A stretch of 29,176 bases of DNA, taken from NCBI RefSeq assembly GCF_006345805.1, contig NW_021833181.1, forward strand, positions 1 through 29,176. The letters run 5' to 3'. Below the pieces are notes generated by a model that saw only the letters and a program-made list of their open reading frames with translations, was not told where the DNA came from and did not search any database. The translations under genes were made by a program, and so were the position numbers. Source of the stretch: Octopus sinensis. Its lineage: Eukaryota. Position 1 is the first letter of the stretch. The number at the start of each line of letters is the position of its first letter. Positions 20,003 to 29,176 of this stretch are shown here, one piece after another.

Positions 20003-21013
20003 ATTTGATATGAATACTGCTTTTGTCGCAATTAATTATACGCACATACATACTATGCATGTGATTACTTGCGTGGGAGTACGTGCGCGTGATGATACGT
20101 GAGAATTAGGTTATAAATCTGGGACCGTTGACTCCTCTCAGTGGGAACATAGGAAATAGGGAGCGGAAAAAAAAGATGAGAAGTTTTGAATGTGTGAATG
20201 TATTGAGATTCACGTAACAAAAGAATCATTTAGATCTGATCCCTAATGAATAAATATTCAAAACAAACGAATAACAACTTGTTATATTCAATGAATTAAA
20301 CACGCTGATATATATATATATTATATATATATATATATATATACGCACAGGCTTACATACATATACGCATATATATACATATTTAGACATATATAGATGT
20401 ATATACGTATAAAACTACATGTACATATCTAGGTATGTGTGTGAATATATATCATCATGATCTTCAATCATCTTTAAATGCTTGTGTGTGTGCGTGTGTG
20501 CGTGCGCGCGTGCGTGTGTGATAATACGTATACATGTTATGTACAGACACACACAGAAACGTATAAGTACATATAGAATTACATATTAGATACATACAGA
20601 TACATTATTCTCACATACATGCATGCATACATACATGCATTCGTACATACACACAGGAAGGCAGACGCACTGACACACATGCATACATACATGCACGCAT
20701 ACATACATACGCCTACATACACAAATACATGCATGCATGCATACATACGTATGAACAGTGAAAAAAATCTTAAAACATTTCAGGGATTCTTCATTTGAGG
20801 CTCCATGGTGAGCACATTGCGCGCGATCACACACTCACACATACATACACTTATGGAATACGTACACACTCGTGCATACGAGTAGTAAACATACAAGCTT
20901 GTGTTCTGTTATAACACGCACGCCTACGAATGCGATTTCATCCACACGCATATATAGGCACACATATATATATAAAATAAACGAAATCAGATTAACACAA
21001 ACCCCATGAACTG

Positions 21014-21045
<32 letters not shown>

Positions 21046-21050
<5 letters not shown>

Positions 21051-21365
21051 GGCGCATGGCTCAGTAGTTAGACCGTCGAGGTTACGATCGTGAGGTTGTG
21101 AGTTCGATTCCCAGACCGGTGCGTGTTGTGTTCTTGAGCAAGACACTTTATTTCACGTTGCTCCACTTAACTCACCTGTAGAAATGAGTTGCGACATCAC
21201 AGGTTCCAAGCTGTATCGGCCTTTGCCTTTCCCTTGGATAACATCAGTCGCTGGTATGCATGGCCGACTGCTGGCCTTCTACAAACAACCTTACCCAGGC
21301 TTGTGCCTCGGAGGGTAACTTTCTAGGTGCAACACCATGGTCATTCATGACCGAAGGGGGTCTCC
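21046..21365 (+). mobile_element. SINE family A, near full length (tail type A1)
   Basis: A-box-like TGGCTCAGTAG (about 21057), B-box GTTCGATTCC (21102-21111), central TTGAGCAAGACACTTTATTTCACGTTGCTCC, tail ending CATGGTCATTCATGACCGAAGGGGGTC. Confidence 0.87.
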
Positions 21366-21505
21366 TCATTTATATATATATGTGTGTGTGTGTGCTTATG
21401 CATGCCAGTATGCATGTATATATGCATGTATGTATGTATGTAGATGAGTGTGTTTGCTTTACATTATACTGAAGGTATTTCACGTAATATATGTCGAGTT
21501 TTTTT

Positions 21506-21860
21506 AAGGTGGCGAGCTCGCAGAAACGTTAGCACGCCAGGCGAAATCCGTAGCCGTATTTTGTCTGCCGCTACGTTCTGAGTTCCAATTCCGCTGAGGT
21601 CGACTTTGCCTTTCGGGGTCGATTAAATAAGTATCAGTTACGCACTGGGGTCGATATAATCGATTTAATTCGTTTGTCTGTCCTTGTTTGTCCTCTGTGT
21701 GTTTAGCTCCTTATGGATAGTAAAGAATTAGGTATTTCGTCTGTCTGTCTTTACGTTCTGAGTTCAAATTCCGCCGAGGTTCACTTTGCCCTTCGTCCTT
21801 TCTGGGTCGATAAGTTAAGTACCAGTTGCGTACTGGGGTCGATCTAATTTTGGGCCTTGT
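21506..21860 (+). mobile_element. SINE family C, compound long unit (21506-21730) plus headless short unit (21731-21860)
   Basis: AAGGTGGCGAGCTCGCAGAAACGTTAGCACG...; the second unit resumes at GGTATTTCGTC. Confidence 0.86.
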
Positions 21861-21895
21861 ATTTGCGTCTTTCTTTTATGGATTTGATAATGCAT

Positions 21896-21934
<39 letters not shown>

Positions 21935-21939
21935 TTTGT

Positions 21940-22195
21940 CTGTAATTTACAGAATACTTATTCTGTTCGGGATTGTTTCTGTTTCCAATTTCCATGTTCT
22001 GCTTATCGCTTTTTCCAGATCTATGCATTTAGATAATTTCTCTGTTTCTCAATATATCTATGTTCTCATCTGTTTGCGATTCATATTTCAATTCCTGAAA
22101 CATTTCTTTTGCTGATAATGTTTGACAAAAATAATATGATGTCGATTTTCATTAATCTCCTTGACTATGTCAGTTAGCATGTCCCATGATATAGC
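21940..22195 (-). pseudogene. Third decayed R4/Dong-type RLE fragment
   Basis: Minus strand reads ISWDML..KEINENRHHII..QQKKCF..ETEKLSKCIDLEKAISRTWKLETETIP, colinear with the translation of 17160-17536. Confidence 0.7.
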
Positions 22196-22929
22196 CACAC
22201 ACACACACACACATATAAATCTGTTTGGTTGTGAGTATACTCGAAGAAATGTAAGTATATATACAGGGTGTCCCCCCCCCAAAATTGACATATATTGTCT
22301 GAATCTTATAATGTTAATTACCCATCACGGCTGGTCTTACCAATCGGTTTCGCGTGGAATTATATATTGGAGTGTTAGGCAACAAACCAGTTAAATAACA
22401 AACGCTCGTCAGAGATAGCCGACATGGAAGAGGAAATGGCGACCGCTCTCCACTGTTGGAGGTAGAAATATGCATAACCGTAGAATGAAAAAAGTTGCGG
22501 GAGGTCAGTGGTGAGTTATGTCCCTTGGTTAAGTTTGCTGTTGAGTTGACAAAAAGAAATTTTGAAGTGGGGAAAGGTTGTATTAAAATTGTGTGGGGTG
22601 CGTGTAAAGGATAAAGATGTGTGTGTGTGTGTGTGTTTTATATATTGCCGTGTGGTGGAAAGTGTAATGTGTGATGTATAATGTAATGCATATCGTGTGT
22701 GTGTGTAAGTATACTGTATGTGTATGTGTGTGTGTGTGTAAGTGTACTGTGTGTGTAAGTGTACTGTGTGTGTTTTGGTTTGTTTATGTGGAGTACAATA
22801 TGCCTGAGGATGTGTGTGTGCAGGGGTGGGGGCAGTTATCGGCGAGGTGCTTGTCTCATGTGTGTGTGTGTTTGTATAGATAGGTATATTGGTGTGTGTC
22901 TTGTTCAATCTCTTTAAGCCAGCCCAAAG

Positions 22930-22965
22930 CAGTATATATATATATATATATAATATATATATATA

Positions 22966-23019
<54 letters not shown>

Positions 23020-23044
23020 ATATATATATGTGTGTGTATGTATG

Positions 23045-23106
<62 letters not shown>

Positions 23107-23125
23107 ACGCATATATATATATCAT
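22930..23125. repeat. (TA)n/(TG)n microsatellite
   Basis: Directly visible. Confidence 0.95.
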
Positions 23126-23288
23126 TGCTATTATATTAAACTGTCGTATGTCCAAATTTGCCCAAATGTGCTTTTTTTAATATTTACTTCTGCTTGCGAT
23201 AGCCGATTCTTTCGGTCAAACTATCGTATCTCTAGCTGCTTCAGATGCCAAGATTTGAAAATTGTCAAAGTGTAGTACAAAAGTTTGT

Positions 23289-23495
23289 CAAAAGTGTCGT
23301 AAGTCCCACATATGACTGTTCTGCAAAAAATATTTCTGACTGAAAATACCAAAGATGCATGTAGTTAGGATTTTATGCCCCCAACAGAGTATTATTGTTA
23401 AGCTGAAACTGTTGCTAATATAAAAAAGAAATGGAATGGTGAAACTATTTTTTCGTATTCTGAAGAAGCAACGACTTGGACTTACGACACTTTTG
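23289..23495. mobile_element. MITE-like element with 18-bp perfect inverted repeat (Tc1-like CAAAAG core)
   Basis: CAAAAGTGTCGTAAGTCC (23289-23306) and GGACTTACGACACTTTTG (23478-23495). The outermost bases and TSD are not resolved. Confidence 0.55.
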
Positions 23496-23533
23496 CTTAA
23501 TAACAACGATATTTATATATATATATATACACG

Positions 23534-23690
23534 ACAGCTTTCAGTTTCCGTCTACCAAATCCACTGACAAGGGTTTGTTCGACCCGAGGCTATAGTAGAA
23601 TGCACTTACCCAAGGTGCCACACATTGGGACTGAACCCGGGACTCTGTGGTTGAGAAGAAAGCCTCTTACTACACAACCACGGCTAGGCT
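23534..23690 (-). mobile_element. SINE family B head only
   Basis: Reverse complement GGTTCAGTCCCAATGTGTGGCACCTTGGGTAAG...GGTAGACGGAAACTGAAAG. Confidence 0.8.
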
Positions 23691-23780
23691 TGTATGTATA
23701 TATATATGTGATCTCTTGAGCACCACCAGCAAAAAGTTTTTTTCCTCTGTCTTCCCTTCTCGGGATCTTTCCTTCTCCTT

Positions 23781-23816
23781 TGTTTCCGACGAAGAGCTCC
23801 GCTCGAAACGTTAAAC
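23781..23816 (+). ncRNA. Minimal type I hammerhead-like motif (U4>C variant) in a Penelope-type terminal fragment (about 23740-23910)
   Basis: GTTT-CCGACGA-A-GAGC(TCC)GCTC-GAAA-C-GTT/AAAC: 4-bp helix I, 4-bp helix II and a palindromic ACGT in place of helix III. Confidence 0.55.
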
Positions 23817-24446
23817 CCTCCTTCCCTTCTTTCCTGAGCGTCAAATAATACTTTAATTGTTCCACGTCCTCGCGTTGCTGTGTTTTTTTCTGTGTTTTCT
23901 TGTTTGGATTAACTATATATATATATACACCCGCATAAATTTATACGCAGTATATATGTCCATATGACATGCGGTCGTAGGGTTGTGCATATATTTTTAT
24001 TGATAATTGGCCATATAAATATTTCACTGACAGCACCAACTAATCAAAATTAACAAGATTTCATAATGAGATAATAATTTATATCTTTCAAAGATACTTA
24101 TAAGTCACAACGCTAATTGGATAAATGTATTGAAAATGAAGAGCAGCACGGAGAAAGTACAAAATCGTAAGATAAGGCTGCATTTCACAGTCCCTGGTGT
24201 TGCTCTTGCTGATGCTGGTATTGTTGTTGTTGTTGCTATTGTTTTTTAACCTCAGGTCTAGTGTTACTGATCAGGCATTTAATTAAAAGAACTCCACATA
24301 TGGCGCTGCCCCAGCATGGCCACAGCTCGTGAGCTGAAACTAGATAAAATGGGAAAAAAATGAATGAAAAAAATTGAAAAAATATGAGACATGAGCATCC
24401 TGTTTTTCCATGCTTCTAGCTTTTATATGCATATGAAGAAAAAAAT

Positions 24447-24755
24447 GGTTCTCCGTCGGTTACGACGACGAGGGCTCCAGTTGATACGATCAACGGAACA
24501 ACCTGCTCGTGAACTTAACGTGCAAGTGGCTGACCACGCCACAGACACGTGTACCCTTAATGTAGTTCTCAGGGAGATTCAGCGTGACACAGAATGTGGC
24601 AAAGCTGGCCCTTTGAAATAAAGGTACAGCTGAGTAGACTGGAGCAACGTGAAATAAATTGTCTTGTTTAAGGACACAACGTGATGCCGGGAATCAAACT
24701 CACAACCTTACAACCGCGAGCTGAAAACCTTAACCGTTAAGCCATACCCTTTCAC
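24447..24755 (-). mobile_element. SINE family A head and centre with a different tail (type A2)
   Basis: Reverse complement shares ACAAGACAATTTATTTCACGTTGCTCCAG..CTCAGCTG with 21046-21365, then diverges to a tail ending GTCGTCGTAACCGACGGAG. Confidence 0.83.
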
Positions 24756-24761
24756 TTAACT

Positions 24762-25484
24762 TCTTAATATAAATTTGAGTAAGGCGGTGAACTGGCAGAA
24801 ACGTTAGCACGCCGGGCGAAATACTTAGCGGTATTTTGTTTGCCTTTTCGTTCTGAATTCGAATTCCGCCGAAGTCGACTTTGCCTTTCCTAATTTCGGG
24901 GTCGATAAGTTAAGTACCAGTTGCGTACTGGGGATGATCTAATCGACTTCCCCCCACCCACCTTAAAAAATTTCGGTCCTTGTGCCTAGAGTAGAAAAGA
25001 ATATAAATTTGAGTGATGTTTCTCTGACCGTTACATTTTTATGTTCGTTAACTCCTCCTCGACCGTTGGTGCAAGGACAACGAAACTAAAACCAGCAACT
25101 CACCTAAACCCAGGGAATGTCCTAAGGGGGGGGGTCTATTTTTTTAAGGGTCCCCTATATTTACTGCATTTTAAACTAAGTACATGGCATTGGTGACCGA
25201 ATCGGAGCAATAACAATGAATTTCATACCATGAACTCCTACGAAATATAAGAAGGTTCAATTTCTGGAGGCCCACTTAAATGGGGCCCCACTAACCCCAC
25301 TATTTTTTTTTTTTTGCAATTATCTTGCGCCTACGCTTATTGATTAAATTATTATCAGCATCAGAGCTTATCACATTTGCAGAAATAAGTATCATTACAC
25401 AAGGGTAGAGGGCCCCAAAGGCCTCAAAGGTGCCCTCTGCAGGAGCCAGTCTGAATGCCGCCCGAAGGGCGGCTCCAAGCCTAG
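24762..25484 (+). mobile_element. Non-autonomous Helitron interrupted by a SINE
   Basis: 3' hairpin GCCGCCC-GAA-GGGCGGC (25457-25473), 7 nt, then CTAG|T (25481-25484). The putative 5' TCTTAATATAAA at 24762 is preceded by T rather than A, so the 5' end is less certain. Confidence 0.68.
24781..24999 (+). mobile_element. SINE family C short monomer with perfect 15-bp TSD
   Basis: AATATAAATTTGAGT at 24766-24780 and 25000-25014. Confidence 0.93.
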
Positions 25485-25545
25485 TATTTATATATGTGCA
25501 CAAAAACATAACAGATCAACGCGCGCACAGACACACATAAATGTA

Positions 25546-25709
25546 CCGTATTTTAACGTGGATAAGGAACCCACTAATTTGGGGGGCTTAAAATTTTGAA
25601 AAAATGTTTTGTAAGGGATTATGATACTATCCGTGGATAAGGAATTCCCATATTTTTTAAACCTAAATTTTGCCAAAAAAATGGGTTCCTTATACATATT
25701 AAAATACGG
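25546..25709. mobile_element. Tc1/mariner-superfamily (Tc2/pogo-like CCGTATTT) MITE, 164 bp
   Basis: TA|CCGTATTTTAACGTGGATAAGGAACCCA ... TGGGTTCCTTATACATATTAAAATACGG|TA (25/28 identical), with an internal repeat of GTGGATAAGGAA at 25633-25644. Confidence 0.8.
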
Positions 25710-25748
25710 TAATTATTTGTGGGTGTGTTTATGTATGTTTGCTTTTAT

Positions 25749-25906
25749 TTTTTTATTCTTTTACTTGTTTCAGTCATTTGACTGCAACCGTGATAGGGCG
25801 CCGACCCCAGGATTATTATTAACCCTATGACTTATTCTATCGAACACTTCTACCAAACCACTAAGTTAAGGATTCGTAAACACACCAACACCAGTTGTGT
25901 ATCTAT

Positions 25907-25963
<57 letters not shown>

Positions 25964-26130
25964 CACGATGGGCTTCTTTCAGTTTCCGTCTTCCAAATCC
26001 ACTCATAAGGATTTGGTCGGCCCGAGGCTATAGTAGAATACACTTGCCCAAGTTGCCATACAGTGGGACTGAACCCGAAACCATCTGGTTGGGAAGAAAG
26101 CTTCTCACCACACAGCCACACCTGCGCCTA
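25749..26130 (-). mobile_element. SINE family B
   Basis: Head and tail homology to 2761-3137 in reverse complement, with internal (CA)n/(TA)n. Confidence 0.83.
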
Positions 26131-26181
26131 TATGTATGTGCATGTGTGTGTGCATGTATATATAATATATATAATATATAT

Positions 26182-26215
<34 letters not shown>

Positions 26216-26231
26216 TAGAGAGATAGATAGA

Positions 26232-26453
26232 TGCTTTTATTCTTTTATTTTTTTCAGTCATTTGACTGCGGCCATGCCGGAGCACCACCTTAAGGGTTTT
26301 TAGTTGAACAAATCGACCCTAGGACTTATTCATTGTAAGCCTAGTACGTATTCTATCGGTCCCTTTTGCCAAACTGCTAAGATACGGGGAGATAAATATA
26401 CCGACATCGGTGGTCAAGCGATGGTGGGGGGACAAACACAAACACACAAACAA

Positions 26454-26524
<71 letters not shown>

Positions 26525-26635
26525 CAATCGGCTTCTTTCAGTTTCCGTCTACCAAATCCATTCGCAAGTTGTCATGCAGTGGGACTGAACCCTGTACCAT
26601 GTGGTTGGGAAGCAAGCTTCGTACCACCCAGTCCT
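26232..26635 (-). mobile_element. SINE family B (internal deletion in the head half)
   Basis: Tail CAGTCATTTGACTGCGGCCATGCCGGAGCACC, internal (CA)n, head GGGACTGAACCC...CCATGTGGTTGG. Confidence 0.8.
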
Positions 26636-26689
26636 ATATGTAAGTATATATCACTGCTCCAAACATTTGGCCTTGTGACATATCTTTTA

Positions 26690-27040
26690 CTTGTTACAGT
26701 GATTGGACTGCGGCCATGCTGCAGCAGCAGCGCCTTGAAGAGCCATCGTCGATTAAATGGACCTCAGTATTTACTTTCTAAATGACTGGCATTTATTCTA
26801 TCGGTACCTTCTGCCAAACCGCTTGTCAAATGTTGGGGGAACAAACAGAAACTCACACGCACACACACACATATGCACGACGGTATTCCACGCAGTTTCC
26901 GTTCCGCAAATTTATCACAACGCATTAGTCGGCACGGCGATACAGTGGAAGACACACATCGAAGGTTCCACACATTAGGACTGAACCCCAAATCCCTTGA
27001 CTGCGAAACGATTTACTTAACCATACAGCCACACCTGCTC
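26690..27040 (-). mobile_element. SINE family B, diverged
   Basis: GACTGCGGCCATGCTG...GGACTGAACCC...CATACAGCCACACCTGC. Confidence 0.7.
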
Positions 27041-27127
27041 TTTATCACAAATCATTACAGACCCGAACAGTTCATTATTTACATTATTTACATTTGTCGG
27101 ATATTGTTCCTCGTCTTGTTTGTTGTT

Positions 27128-27173
27128 AGCACAACGTTTCGGCTGATGTGCCCTCCAGCCTTCATCAGGTGTC
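27128..27173 (-). ncRNA. Minimal type I hammerhead ribozyme (minus strand)
   Basis: GACAC-CTGATGA-A-GGCTG(10 nt)CAGCC-GAAA-C-GTT/GTGCT. Core intact, one mismatch in helix I, predicted cut between 27133 and 27132. Confidence 0.75.
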
Positions 27174-27245
27174 TTGGGGAAATTTCGAACCTGGATTCTC
27201 ATTCCTAAGATATTTTACGAGAACCCAGGTTCGAAATTTCCCCTA

Positions 27246-27291
27246 GACACCTGATGAAGGCTGGAGGGTACATCAGCCGAAACGTTGTGTT
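27246..27291 (+). ncRNA. Minimal type I hammerhead ribozyme (plus strand)
   Basis: GACAC-CTGATGA-A-GGCTG(GAGGGTACAT)CAGCC-GAAA-C-GTT/GTGTT. 5-bp helix I, 5-bp helix II, intact CUGAUGA/GAAA/UH core, predicted cut after 27286. Confidence 0.82.
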
Positions 27292-27934
27292 AACAGCAAA
27301 CAAGATGAGGAAAAATATCTGTCAAATGTAAATAATGTACATAATTCCTCGTCTCTTAAATATAGAACTGTATTACCCGAACAGTTTTTAGTTGATCGTT
27401 ACGACGTTTCAAGCCTCAAACGTTATATTAATACTTCAGCGGCGTCAAGTTGAGAAAAGACAGAAATTATGACATGGTTCGATCCGCTTGGAGCTCAGCT
27501 ATTAATGAAAGCCAGTGTAGCCGGCTTAGAGGAACTACTGACTGACAACTACTGAGAAAAGCATCTGGTTCTACAGCAACTTAATTCCGGTGCTGGATAA
27601 CATAGACATATAAGTAGAAAACCGATCTTAGAAGTATTTTGTCGATACAAGAACGTCATAGCAGGTTACGAGAACTTTTTTGTGCAGAAATATAATATAG
27701 TTTTAACGTAGACTCTATGTGAAAAAGATATCAGGTTTTATATAACATGCTCTCGCTAAAACGATTACATACACAAAGAATATCAGGTATCGATATCGGT
27801 TTCGTAATATGACATTTGTAGCCGTACCAGAAGTTGTGGTCGTTATTTTTATTGTTGTTGTGTTTTTTCGTATGATCTATAAGCTATGTGCTTATATGTG
27901 TGTGCGGGCACGCGCACGCATATATGTAGGTTTG

Positions 27935-28195
<261 letters not shown>

Positions 28196-28435
28196 AGGAG
28201 TAGGTTAGAGCGGTGTGTTATGGGGAACTTAAGAGACAGACATTTAAATGTACAATGATTCATCAGTTTTTATGAATGGGTCTGTATATGCGCACGTGCA
28301 TATTCTTGTGTATGGTTGTGTGTGTGTGTGTGTGGTTGTCTGTTTGTGGGTGTGGGCGTGGTTGTATGTGTGTGGGGTGAGTCAGTGTGGAGGGGTGAGT
28401 CTGCCTATCTGTCGGTATATTAACATGCTTTATTT

Positions 28436-28683
28436 TCAAACTTGTTTTATTCAATGAACTGCGGCCATGTTGGAGCACATCCCTGAAGGGTTTAATCGAC
28501 AAATCGATTTATTTTTGAAAATTCCTACTTCTCCTATCAGCTTTTTTTTTTGGCCGGTTCCTAAACAAACTAACACCGGTTGCCAGGCGATGGGAGGAGC
28601 AAACGTGAAAGCACACTGCGTGCGTGCATACTGACATACACACATGCATAAGACGGGCTTCCATGCAGTTTCCATCTACCATC
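28436..28683 (-). mobile_element. SINE family B, diverged partial copy
   Basis: ACTGCGGCCATGTTGGAGCAC...GACGGGCTTCCATGCAGTTTCCATCTACC. Confidence 0.65.
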
Positions 28684-28722
28684 TTGACTATTAGCCACCA
28701 TTTTATATACATACATATATGT

Positions 28723-28980
28723 AGGGGTCCGGTTTCGATTCCCGTGCGTGACATACTAGACACAAGTCACTTTCTATAGCTTCGTCTAGACCCGCGCATT
28801 GAATGAAATTGTTTTCATGGAAACTGTATAGAAGCCTATCGGGTGGATTGCATTTGCAATTAAAAGATGTACATCCTTCTCACATACCGTCTCACCCTCT
28901 GATTCTTGAAGAACAGATGGGTCTGTGGAGTACTCAGCCATTTGTAAGTAAATTCGGGGCCAAATAGTTCAGTCGATTGA
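28723..28980 (+). mobile_element. Old SINE with B-like head and A2-like tail
   Basis: GGAAACTGTATAGAAGCC matches the family B head end, and GTCTGTGGAGTACTCAGCCA(T/C)TTG matches the reverse complement of 24520-24550. Confidence 0.5.
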
Positions 28981-29176
28981 ACACATTTCCTAGGACGTAA
29001 ATGTGTTCCATTCTTTTTGCATAAGTCTTTTGTCTAGTAGAGATAATGTTGGACAGTAGCTGTCGTAGCGCTGATGAGGGCTGTGAATCAGAAACACGAG
29101 TTCAGGACTGTCCTATTATCTTCATACTATAAGCATGCCCTTTTCTGTAATGGCATGTCAGTTTTGGAGGAGTTTT

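Larger units (their letters stand above)
27073..27374. mobile_element. Penelope-like terminal-repeat-derived palindromic insert with 12-bp TSD
   Basis: Arms 27074-27200 and 27219-27345 (127 bp each, 117/127 identical) with an 18-bp spacer. ACCCGAACAGTT at 27061-27072 and 27375-27386. Confidence 0.85.

Noticed and set aside
21046-21120. tRNA gene
   Set aside because: A and B boxes are present but there is no full cloverleaf and the sequence continues into a SINE body. The same holds for the other SINE heads.
22262-22290. Tc1/mariner-like end TA-CAGGGTGTCCC
   Set aside because: No matching opposite TIR was found in the window.

Overview
Eukaryotic, AT-rich, non-genic-looking window saturated with microsatellites and transposon remains. 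The repeat landscape (tRNA-headed SINEs with internal TA/CA tracts, RTE, Tx1 and R4/Dong LINE pieces, mariners, Helitrons) is what I associate with octopus/cephalopod genomes; this is an inference from recalled repeat families, not a database result. No host protein-coding gene can be called with confidence, and most long ORFs in the track are translated simple repeats. Supported content: (i) a near-intact D,D34D mariner (9944-11231, minus strand) nested in a decayed R4/Dong-type RT; (ii) a fold-back mariner derivative (8433-9315) whose 3' half is replaced by an inverted copy of its 5' end; (iii) an RTE LINE with an inverted endonuclease/linker segment joined to its C-terminal end, with no RT between them (about 7620-8430); (iv) a stack of minus-strand LINE fragments (Tx1-type RT plus zinc knuckle, then two R4/Dong RLE tails bounded by TAA-type repeats, 17063-19436); (v) two non-autonomous Helitrons, several MITEs and about 20 SINE copies from three families, one of which repeatedly inserts into its own head; (vi) Penelope-type terminal sequences carrying minimal hammerhead ribozyme motifs. 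The most striking object is a 302-bp TSD-flanked insert (27073-27374) that is a 127-bp-arm palindrome with one hammerhead ribozyme on each strand. SINE and decayed-LINE boundaries were read by eye and may be off by 10-30 bp.
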